Shown here piece by piece: positions 1 to 10,305 of a stretch of DNA of 64,000 nucleotides. This stretch comes from Squalus acanthias (lineage: Eukaryota), in the NCBI GenBank assembly GCA_030390025.1, contig CM059433.1, positions 15,688,001 to 15,752,000 on the forward strand, written 5' to 3'. Every line of letters begins with the position of its first letter. The stretch's first letter is position 1. The translations under genes and the position numbers were made by a program. The notes below the pieces were generated by a model. The model was not told where the DNA came from. It worked only from the letters and a program-made list of their open reading frames with translations, and ran no database searches.

Positions 1-625
1 TTTCTTCTCGGAAGCCAACTGGTGACTAAAGAGAAAAATGGTATGGGAAGCCTGATAGCATCATTAATGTGGTTGCACTTCATCTGGCTGGAGTCACTGA
101 GCCTATTCTCATGAAAACTCAGAAAAAATTAAGAGGTGGGGTGACCACCTCCTGACACAGGCCTCCTCCCGTTTCCTATGCTTTGTGCCTAGGGAGTAAG
201 CATTTGCTGAACACAGAACTGGAAATTTGGCCCAGTGGAGTTTGTTTAGGTTGAGGTATGCTTGGTGCAGGATTCTGAACTGCTCCCCTCTCATTCGGTT
301 GCAGGTTGAGGTACGTGAAGTTATCCTCCATTCCTTCTGCTTTAGTTCTCTTGTTAGTTGGCGGCCTAAGTCTCACTCAAAAGAGCTAACCACCTTCCTT
401 ATACTTTTTTTGTTGTGGCCAATCGTGTGAGATGGAGAGAGATGCGCCCACATTTTCTAACGGGGAATAGTTATTACAGAGTTGGCTTGCTCTGCATATT
501 GGGGAATATGATGGTTCCTGAAGTTAATGGTGGATCTAGACAGAACGAAACATGTTTAAAGACAGGAAGACTTAGTCTGCCTTCCTCCTTGGGGAAATTG
601 GAGCCAATGGAGTCGCATTCTTAGC
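1..625 (-). mobile_element. Decayed L1/Tx1-clade LINE, 3' part of ORF2
   Basis: Minus-strand motifs: LQFPKEEGRLSLPVFK (~550-610, across a frameshift) and QFRILHQAYL..KLH (ORF 109-294), both typical of fish-type L1 ORF2 downstream of the RT. Confidence 0.65.
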
Positions 626-629
626 CTCC

Positions 630-2055
630 ATCCCCCTCATGAGGAGTCTGGTGATGTGGTATTAGAAATCCTGGAAGGGAAGGACCCAGTGTCTCCTGGT
701 CCTATTGCTTCACATCCCACCTTAACAGTGACCATAAAATACTAGCCAAAATTCTGGACTCTAGACTGGTCCTGGTGGCCTTCCGCTCCCCCAGCCAGCC
801 TAGTCCACCCAACCAGACTGGCTAGATACAACAATGGCTCTTATGAAATAACACCAAGTGACTATTCAACATGGTGGGTCATTGCATCAGCACCAACACA
901 CGTGCTCTGATACTCTATCTAGATGCAAAGTTAACTTTTTAGCTGGTTGAATGGACCTTCCTTTTTCCTGTACTGGAGTGAATGGTCTTTGGGATGCATT
1001 CTATTCCCACCTCTCCTCTGCTGCAATGGACAGTAACAGCTTCATCTTCCCTGCCTTTCTCCTTCAAAGAGGGACCAGGCAGCATTGCTCTCTGTCCCAC
1101 TTGTGTTCTCTCTGAATAAGGAACCCTGGCAGTGGCAATAAGCATAAGGTCACCCATCCATACATGTCAGAGAAATGAAGCAAAGAATATCACTCTATGC
1201 AGATGACATCTTCCCGTCAGCTGTGGCTCAGTGGGTAGCACACTCGCCTCTGAGTCAGAAGGTTGTGGGTTCAAGTCCCCCTCCAGAGACTTGAGCACAT
1301 AAAGCTAGGCTGACAATCCAGTGCTGAGGGAGTGCTGCACTATCGGAGGTGCTGTCTTTCAGATGACATGTTAAACCGAGGCCCCGTCAGCTCTCTCAGG
1401 TGGACGTAAAAGATCCCATAGCACTATTTCGAAGAAGAGCAGCGGAGTTATCCCAGGTGTCCTGGCCAACATTTATCCCTCAACCAACATAACAAAAACA
1501 GATTATCTGGTCATTATCTCATTGCTGTTTGTGGGAGCTTGCTGTGCACAAATTGGCTGCCGCGTTTCCCACTTTACAACAGCGACTACACTTCAAAAGT
1601 ATTTCATTGGGTGTAAAGGGCTTTGAGACGTCTGGTGGTCGTGAAAGGCGCTATATAAATGCAAGTCTTTCTTTTCTTTCTTCCTGTATATCACTAATCT
1701 CATTACATCACTCCCCAGCAATTTTAAAGCCATCAATGAATTTAGACCACTTTCAGGCCACAAAACAATCTCACCATATTGAAGTGTATTGTCCTTCTCC
1801 TCGTCTATTGCCTGTAGTATCTCAAAACAAATCTGAAAAGCTACTCTTTTGCACAGATGGAGGTGAGCTTTCAAAATCTAGGCATTACAGTGATGCACAA
1901 ACACTGACCCATGTATAAGAATAATATCCTCCCCCTCCAGCACTCACACCAACACGGCCATTCTGTCTGCCTTGCTTCTGAGGAGAGTAAAGATAAACGT
2001 TCTCCCCACTTTGTCTACCCCTTCTGGAAAATCCATGACTTAATATGGAATTATT
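630..2055 (+). mobile_element. Decayed L1/Tx1-clade LINE ORF2 RT segment, interrupted by a SINE
   Basis: GKDP...NSDHKILAKILDSRL (~677-770), NQTG, SLYADDI (1192-1210). Resumes after the SINE as FLYITN..SLP...NEF..LSG, followed by LGITV and KINVLP-like motifs. Confidence 0.75.
1215..1678 (+). mobile_element. tRNA-derived DeuSINE (SacSINE1-like) with L2-type tail
   Basis: A box TGGCTCAGTGG, B box GGTTCAAGTCC, Deu-domain-like core (taaaccgaggcccc...gtggacgtaaaagatccca), tail aaaggcgctatataaatgcaagt(cttt)n. TSD tcttcc at 1209-1214 and 1679-1684. Confidence 0.9.
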
Positions 2056-2716
2056 GACCTATTTTTCCCATTCTGGTTTTATTTAAAAATAACCTCACAT
2101 GCCTGTGAAAATGACAGTGGAACGTACCGTTATCAGATTTGTGCTGCAGATATAAACCTTGTAAACCTATCTCTGCTTTGGTGTTCCAAAGTGTATGACA
2201 TGCGCATAAAGTTTGAAAAATGAGACTTGACATGAAAACGTAATGCTTAATCATTCCCCTGCATGGGCCTCCCAAATCTATGTAGCGTTCCCTGAGTGAA
2301 ATGGAAGGAGGGCAGGCAGCCTTTTCTCAGACCTCTCCGAATGCTGTTCTTGAGCCAGCTGCTGGCTACACCAAGGCAGCCCGCGGTCATTTGCTGTGTA
2401 ACTTTAGCTCCCTGCACATGACCCCCGTTAAACAATCCCATCAATGTGTCCATCAACGTACACAAGACTAAACAATCGTAATATCTCAATCACAAGATGT
2501 GACGGGAATATCCGGCGAGCAAATATATCTTTGGATTCCAAACCACTTAGTTCAGCTACAAAATCGAAGGTGAGCTGTAAACCAAATTCTTAAACCCAAA
2601 CAATCTGAAGTGTGCTCGAGTCAGAGAAAGGTGACACGCATGCGCATCACTGGAGTATCTTTGTACTTTTTTGATCTGTTTTATTCTGCACGTATGAAAT
2701 GAACCCGAGGTCTATA

Positions 2717-4150
2717 GGGTCGAGAGTTTTTGTGTGGCCGGTGGATGGGATGGTCAAGCCACCCGTCTATTGTCCTTAGTCTGCGGCCTGCGTCGATTCG
2801 ATGGTCGGGCCTCGTTTACATTTCATTGGCGACTGCCCACGCGTTTCCAATGGTGACGGGTTGCCCGATCAACTGAAGGCCTGTCACACGTTTAAAGAGC
2901 GAATGCATCTTTTAAAGCTCGGCTGTCATTCAATTCTGCGGCAATCTGGGCTGCTGCTGGGAGGGTCCCGGAGAGCAACATGTTTCAGGCAGGAGCTCCT
3001 GGGTTCTCAGGCACAGAAGCTGCGGGTGGAGCAGGTGAGGGTGCGCTGGCAGGTCCTGTTCCCCTTGGATGGCAGGAAGGTGCTCAAGTAGATGCTACTG
3101 CAAGCCTGGAGGCAGGTGGGAGACAAGGTCAATGTCTGCACCATCACCCCTAGGACATAGGCTCAGTACCACAAGCGCTTGAATGACCTGACCCAGACAG
3201 CAAGAGTGAGATTGATGTCTTCTTATTTCTATTTATCTGCAGGTTATCCCCTCACCCCCACCCAACACTCCAAGCGCATACTTCCTCCATTCCACGTGCT
3301 TCTCGAACAATCACAAGGGGGACACTGCACCAACTCTCGTTATTCCACTCACCAGCTGCTGTTGCCATCACAACAGGCACGGACAGCATTCTGCTATCAC
3401 CTGTTAACAAATAGAATGCACGTCACTATTCTGCTAACTGCATTCAGTCTTCACACTGGAGCAACTTTCTTGCACTTGATCGCCTTCCCATCCTGCTCGC
3501 AACTTGCTGCTTCTCACTCTCAGCGTGCACGCTACATGAAGCTGCCTCGCACATCTGCACAACCGTTTCCATGAACTCTCTCTCTTTCTGCAGGAGAACC
3601 TGTCTTGCAACAATCGGGAGAGCACCAGAACTGGGGGAGGGCCAACCTCCATCCAGACGCTCACCCAGATAGTGGGGGAAGCCATGGACATCATTGGAAC
3701 AGGCAGATTAAGGAGCATTGGTGGCTGAGGCTGGTGGCCACACTCAGCAGGGCATCTGTATATTCCTTGTACCTTTTGTCATTCTCAGCAATCACCCGTT
3801 CAGCCAGCAGGGAAAATTGGTGCTGCATAGTGCTGCCAACTATCTTCCACTGCCTATCCTTTCTGTGCCATATCTCTCACCCTTATCCCTCTCCTCTGTT
3901 TCTCGGTCCACGTGGAGCCTGCAGAACACGACTTGAGATACCAATCCTCCTGAAGAAGCACCAGCACTCACTCCATCCCTCTCCTGGAGCAACACAGAAA
4001 TCGGCACCCTAGGTGGGACATATAGCGAGCTGTATCCTATTTAACGAGTACACCACTCTTACGAGGTGCTCCCCCAGTGGCTTCAGCATGGGAGGTGGAA
4101 GGCTGCTGATGAACAGACCCTTGAGACGCTCGTAGTTTGGTGTCCTGGTG
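2717..4150 (+). mobile_element. Old Harbinger fragment carrying a decayed Myb/SANT gene
   Basis: Myb-like exon ~2980-3205 (VLFPLDGRK...AWRQV...KRLNDL) ending in a GTGAG donor; second exon after ctttctgcag at ~3592 with N.RE..RTGGG. Homologous to the other Harbinger Myb genes in the window. Confidence 0.65.
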
Positions 4151-4902
4151 CTCTGACTTATGGTGCTACTATAAAGTCAGTGCTGTCTCACTTTATGACA
4201 GCATCCAAACATAACACTAACTCATGAGCAATAACGTCGTTTTGTACTTTCAAAAGGAACAAATGCATTTTTCAAAATGGATGATTTCAGCGGCAGCGTT
4301 TCAAAATATAATGGCTTCGCAGGTATTGTGAAAAGGAAAAGTACCATTGTACTGACAGTAACGACTGGTGTAGGGAGGACCTTGAGTAGAAAAGCTGGCT
4401 TCGTAAAGTCAATGAATTTGTCGCTGAATGGATTTTGCGCCAGCAAGCATTTCCATTAAGTATGGAGGGAGAAGAGACATTATCAGTTATGCAGAATGTA
4501 CAAGACACAAAGAGGCTGTGCAAAATCAAAAAACAAACATCTCAGATTACATCCTTTCTTTTATACAACAAAAGAATACATCTCAGGAAAATCCACTGAC
4601 AGCAGCAGAAACAGGAGAAATTCGCCATGGTGTGATTCATCATTTAAATTATTCCAGTCGAGCTCGTGGTAGCAGATTGCACCCAAAGTTTCTACCGCAT
4701 TCAGAAATTGCAAAAAAGTGTCTTGCGGATGTACAAAAACAATTAGGATTACTGAGAATGTTTTGGCATCGAAATTGCAGGAACTTTTAATTACAGAGCT
4801 TGAACTGTAGCGTTTTTTCTCATTTGGAATGGACGCCTAAAATAAGAGAATATTAAAGGGCCTATTTTGTTTTGGAGGGGGAAGAAGGATGTGCCAAGAA
4901 CT

Positions 4903-6274
4903 TTTGACCGAGTGTGTCATCAAGGAGACCTAGTAAAATTGAAGCCAATGGGAATCAGGGGGAAAACTCTCCACTGGCTGGAGTCATATCTAGCACAAAG
5001 GAAGATGTTGTGGTTGACGTAAGAAAACTACTAGGCACTTGGTCTAAGCATTAAACAAAGCTTTAATCAACTGTTTTTCAACATGGCGATCTAGTTGTGT
5101 CCTTCACTAGTTCCTGTTGAGGAATGTCCTAAGCAAGCTGGGCCCATGCCCGAGTATTTATACTCTCCCTGGACAGCGCCACCAGCAGGCCGCCCAGTAT
5201 TACTTCATACATGAATGACAAGATTCATGTCAGTGGTTGTTGGAGGCCAATCATCTCAGCCCCAGGACATCGCTGCAGGAGTTCCTCAGGGCAGTGTCCT
5301 AGGCCCAATCATCTTCAGCTGCTTCATCAATGACCTTCCCTCCATCATTAGGTCAGAAGTGGGGATGTTCACTGATGATTGCACAGTGTTCAGTGCCATT
5401 CACAACTCCTCAGATAATGAAGCATTCTGTGCCCGCATGCAGCAAGACGTGGACAACATTCAGGCTTGGGCTGATGGAGTGGTAAGTAACATTCACGCCA
5501 CACAAGTGTCAGGCTATGTCTCTCTCCAACAAGAGAGCATCTAACCACTGCCCCTTGACATTCAACAGCATTACCATCGCCAAATCCCCCACCATCAACA
5601 TCCTGGGGGTCACCATTGACCAGAAACTTAACTGGACCAGCCACATAAATACTGTGGCAACAAGAGCAGGTCAGAGGCTGGGTATTCTGCAGCGAGTGTC
5701 TCACCTCCTGACTCCCCAAAGCCTTTCCACCATCTACAAGGCACAAGTCGGGAGTGTGACGGAATACTTTCCACTTGTCTGGATGAGTGCAGCTCCAACA
5801 ATACTCAAGAAGCTTGACACCAGCCAGGATAAGGCAGCCCACTTGATTGGCACCCCATCCACCACCTTAAATATTCACTCCCTCCACAACCGGCGTACAG
5901 TGGCTGCAGTGTGTACCATCTACAAGATGCACTGCAGCAACTCGCCAAGGCTTCTTCGACAGCACCTCCCAAACCCATGACTTCTTCCACCTAGAAGGAC
6001 AAGGGCAGCAGATGCATGGGAACAGCACCATCTACAAGTTCCGCTCCAAGTCACACACCATCCTGACTTAGAAATATATCGCCGTTCCTTCATCGTCGCT
6101 GGGTCAAAATCCTGGCACACCCTCCCTAACGACACTGTGGGAGTATCTTCACCTCACGGACTGCAGCGGTTCAAGAAGGCGGCTCACCACCACCTTCTCA
6201 AGGGCAACTAGGGATGGGCAATAAATGCTGGCCTTGCCAGTGACGTCCACATTCCATGAACGAATTTAAAAAAA
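4903..6274 (+). mobile_element. CR1-group LINE family A (Zenon-like), 5'-truncated
   Basis: GVPQGSVLGP, GMFTDDC, LGVTIDQKLNW motifs; 3' end gggcaataaatgctggccttgccag...gaacgaatttaaaaaaa. Confidence 0.9.
5015..5232 (-). mobile_element. 218-bp solo LTR inserted in the LINE
   Basis: TGAC...GTCA termini, perfect 5-bp TSD gtggt (5010-5014, 5233-5237), minus-strand TATAAA and ATTAAA; the LINE is continuous when it is removed. Confidence 0.8.
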
Positions 6275-6520
6275 TGTCAAGCGTTCAGTGAGGATGATTA
6301 GGAATCTCTTCCACCTTGCTATATTTATTTCCTACACAACCTGATGGGAGTATTTTATGAAGTCCTCAGAAAACTAGAATGCAATTATGCCAACTGTACA
6401 TGAGGTCTTCACTCAAAACTAAAGGGACGGAAAGCGGACAGGTTCTATGGACAATCAGCTCAGGCTATTTTGCGTAATGCCTCTCTATCGAATTGGAGAA
6501 AATCTGAGGACGAAGTAGAT

Positions 6521-6979
6521 CTTTTTTTTTCTATTTGTTTATGGGATGTGGGCGTCGCTGACAAGGCTGGCCTATGTTGCCCATCCCTAATTGCCCTTGA
6601 GAAGCTGGTGGTGAGCCGCCTTCTTGAACCGCTGCAGTCCTTGTGGTGACTTTGTTGTAGCGGTTTGATACAACTGAGTGGCTTGCTAGGCCAGTTCAGA
6701 GGGCAGTTAAGAGTCAACCACATTGCTGTGGGTCTGGAGTCACACATAGGCCAGACCAGGTAAGGATGGCCGATTTTGTTCCCTAAAGGACATTAGTGAA
6801 CCGGTTGTGTTTTTACGACAATCCGGTTGTCACCATCACTGATACTAGCTTTTTAATTCCAGATTTATTAAAAAAAAATTGAATTCCCCAGCTGCTGTGG
6901 GATTTGAACTTACATCTAACATAGATTATTAGTCCAGGCCTATTGGTCCAGTAACATAACCACTATGCTACCATACCCC
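6521..6979 (-). mobile_element. tRNA-derived SINE (MetaSINE-like core) with LINE family A tail
   Basis: tRNA-like head near 6979-6895; core gttcactaatgtcctttaggg...gtgactccagacccacagcaatgtgg; 3' ~120 nt match the end of LINE family A. Confidence 0.85.
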
Positions 6980-7589
6980 TGAAGATAAGGTGCTGTTAAG
7001 ATGCATTGCATTCTTTGAGAAATTGTATGATTTGAAGACATCTGTTTTCAAACAAATGCCAGTCCTCTCACTGGACAATGGAGTGGCCTGATATTGAGTG
7101 GCTGGCTGACGCTCTTCACCTTCAGGTTGATTTTGACAAGTTTTGTGATGACTACTGCATTCTGGAGCAAATAAGAGGAGAAATCATTTCAAAAGAACAA
7201 AAAATTGATCAAAGGTGGGTGGAAGTTTTGAAACAAATACCACCAAGTGAAAACAGCCAACATTTTAAGCTTGTATCTTACATGCTTTCAATTCCAATCT
7301 CAAGCACATACGGCAAAATTGGTTTCAGCTTAATGACTCAGTTCTGGAGCAAAGCAAATAATCGGTTAATAAAAGTGTTGTGAAAGCAGAGTTATAGGTG
7401 TAGTTGAACGAAAGTATGTCCTGCGATGACGTTTATGAATATGTCAAAAAGTCTCCAGAGTTGCTGAAAGCAACAAGAAGCCAACTTCAGTATAGGTTTA
7501 GGAACAAAGAAACCACGAGTAAAGACACCCGACTATATTATTACAACTGATGATTTTTCAATATTTATGTAATGTGCTTGAACTTTGTG

Positions 7590-8680
7590 CGCTTCATATT
7601 GACATTATCCGCTTGCAGAGGGAAGAGGAAGACACAGAAGAGGAGGAAGCTGCAGAAGAGGAAGCAGAAGAGGAGGAATCAGACGGAAGGATGCATCCCA
7701 GACAGCCCCTTTGTGGCCGGGATATCCGGGATGGAATCATCTGCCTCCGGTCCCTGTGACCACAGCCCTTTTCAACTTTAGTCCCACACCTTACCTTCCA
7801 TCTGTTACTGACCATCACAACGTCCTCTTGGCCATGAAGCTGAAATAAAAGCCACCAGAAAGCAAACTTTCCAATCCATCTATATACATCTATCCATCCA
7901 ATGTGACATCAAGAAATCAACTCATCCCCCATATGCATTCTCTTCGTGACTGTCTTGTGTGTGCCGTTGCCTATCCTACTGATGTCACGAGTGCTACCCC
8001 AGTGGCTGCAGCATGGCTGGTGGAAGGCTGCTGACTTTCAGTGGAGGACACTGCAAATGTCCTTGCTGGTTGACCTTGAGGAGCTGGTGGCTGGGAGTGT
8101 CAAATTAATCTTCTCCTTCTTCACTCTCCTCTCCCTCTTCTTGGTCAACCACTGGCTTGGCAGACTGCATTTCTTGGGTGTGTGAAATGAGGAAGGTACA
8201 AGGGTGGAGTTGTGCTGAGGGGAGGGCCGGAAAGCATGAGGTGCATGCAAGAAGGAAGATAACGTATGAGGATACCAGCATCTTTTATCCTTTCTGCCCC
8301 GCCGCTGGCCAAGGGCTCAGCCATGCCCCTGCCAAGAATGGCCTGCACCGTCTCCTCCAAGGGGGTGAGGTGAGGCTAGGAATGGGAGATGTGCCTCGTC
8401 ATTGGTGCAGATTGTTGGTAGGTGAGGGATTGGGGTTGGGGGCCGTGTATTGAGCAGTGTGTGAGGCTAGTGGTGCAGTTGGTAGGAGGCAGTTTTTGAA
8501 GATGCATTCATTGACCTTGACCAGTGCTCTGAGGTCATGAAGCTTCTTTGGGCACTGGAGCCAAGTGGTGGGGACAACACTGGTGACGGCCTCGGTGATG
8601 TGGTCCCACATCGTTCTTTCTGGAGCGCCTGATTTGATGCCAGCACTGCCATTTTTGTCCTCAATGCTGGAAGTAACACC
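7590..8680. mobile_element. Internally deleted Harbinger fragment: acidic transposase tail (+) and Myb gene pieces (-)
   Basis: E-rich tail and 3' UTR homologous to 9960-10330; minus-strand MWDHITEAV...WLQCPKKLHDL and ILGRGMAEPLASG exons homologous to 11520-11690 and 12900-13100. Confidence 0.8.
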
Positions 8681-8933
8681 CTATGTTAACCTCGCACAGC
8701 TGAACATGCATTCATCAGCAGCAAGGAGCCCCTACTAGCGATATTTAAAGGGATCAGCAGCCACTCTCTGTCAGCTGCTGATTAATTTCTACTGGCTCTG
8801 TGTAAGTTTGTGGAAGTGTTTGGAGGTTTCTAGAGTTGTTTAAAGTTGGTGAGGTGACAGGGAGTGGTGCTACAAGTGGAGAAGGCCTTGCTTCTGACTT
8901 CAAGGATTCTGGTCAGACCACTTGTTCCCAGTC

Positions 8934-10136
8934 ATGGGTGCTCTAGTTGTCACCCCCCTTGGCCTGCAGCATGACAGGGAGATGGAGCAGAGGCAGCAAA
9001 GAAGAGGACAAGCTGTTCACAGAGGGAGGAGGAGGAGTGGGAGAAGGGCTCTCAGCAGGAGTCCTTACCCACCTAGGGTCTTCTGAGAGCAATTCTCTTA
9101 CCTCAGCCTGAGCCAGGAGCAGTGTGTGAGGTGTCTGCGCTTTACGAAAGAGGTGCTCACAGAACTCTGCCGCCTCTTGCAACCAGACCTGCAGCCTCAC
9201 ATCAGAGCAAGGACAGCGCTGCCAGTGGCCGTGAAGGTGACCATGGCCCTGAATTTCTTCGTGTCGGGATCCTTCCAGGCTGGAGCAGCCGACATTGTAA
9301 CATCTCCCAGTTTGCCGTCAACTGCTGCATAAGAGAGGTGACAGACGCTCTATATCCCAGTAGAGGGGACTTAATTGTCTTCTCTCTGACTAGAGAGAAG
9401 CAGGAAGTATCGTGGGCTTTGCCAGGATAGCGGGCTTCCCCATGGTGCAGGTCACCATCGACTGCACGTATGTGGCTTTGTAAGCACCGCACCTAATGCT
9501 GAGATGTACCGCAATCGCAATGTTTACTACTCGCTGAATGTGCAGTTGGTGTGCGACTATGCTCAGCACATCATGATGGTGAATGCCTGGTATTCTGGGA
9601 GCAGTCATGATGCTTTCATTCTTCACCAGTCCACTCTTCCCTCAGTCTTTGAGCCACCAAGACAAACCAGAGGGTGGCCACTGGGTGACAAGGGCTATCC
9701 ACTGACCACCTGGCTCATGAAACTGCTCCACAACCCAAGCACACATGGGCAGCATGCATACAATGAGAGTCATGCTGCCACATGGAATCTGATAGAGCAG
9801 ACCATTGGCGTCCTTAAACAACAATTCTGCTGCCTGGACCACTCTGGAGGAACCTTACAGTACTCACCAGAATGCGTCTCAAAATCCGTTGTGGTCTGCT
9901 GCATGCTCCACAATCTCGCCATCATGAGGGCACAGCCCTTGCCACCAGGCATATGGCGACCAGCAGAAGAGGAGGATGAGGAAGAAGAGGAGGACAAGAA
10001 GGAAGCAGAAGAGGAGGAGGAGTAAGCGGAAGAGAAGGAAGTGGAAGAGGAGGAAGCAGAAGGGAGGAGGCAACCCAGGCAGCACCATTCTGCCCGGGCT
10101 GTCCATGATCGACTCATCCGACTGCAGTACGAGTGA
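8934..10136 (+). pseudogene. Harbinger DDE transposase (HARBI1-like), disrupted
   Basis: ALPVAVKVTMALNFF.SGSFQ, IDCT, YSLNVQLVCD, GSSHDAFIL, LGDKGY, IEQTIGVLK, CCMLHN; stops and frameshifts present. Confidence 0.9.
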
Positions 10137-10305
10137 ACACATCCCCAATTCCCCGTTCAACAATAGTCCCACACCTTACATTTCCTCTGTTACTGACCAT
10201 CACAGCGTCCTCTTGGCCACAATACTGAAATAAAAGCCACCACAAAAGAAACATTCTAATCCAACTTTATCCATCAATCCATCCAATATAACCTAACAAA
10301 GTCAA

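Larger units (their letters stand above)
4330..7500 (+). pseudogene. hAT-superfamily transposase relic in three pieces (~4330-4870, ~6280-6520, ~6985-7500)
   Basis: SIKYGGRRDI..., LTAAE...HGVIHH...SEIAKK, FSFGMDA*NK (catalytic Asp region), YIYFLHN...RKADRFYG, and C-terminal dimerisation-like LVSYMLSIPISS..FSLM..FWS...NRL. Confidence 0.7.

Noticed and set aside
1216..1285. tRNA gene (also ~6895-6979 and 27947-28450)
   Set aside because: The A and B boxes are heads of SINEs that continue into SINE cores and LINE-derived tails.
7550..7781. E-rich and K/R-rich ORFs as novel proteins (also 9976-10233)
   Set aside because: These are frames of the purine-rich acidic tail of Harbinger transposases.
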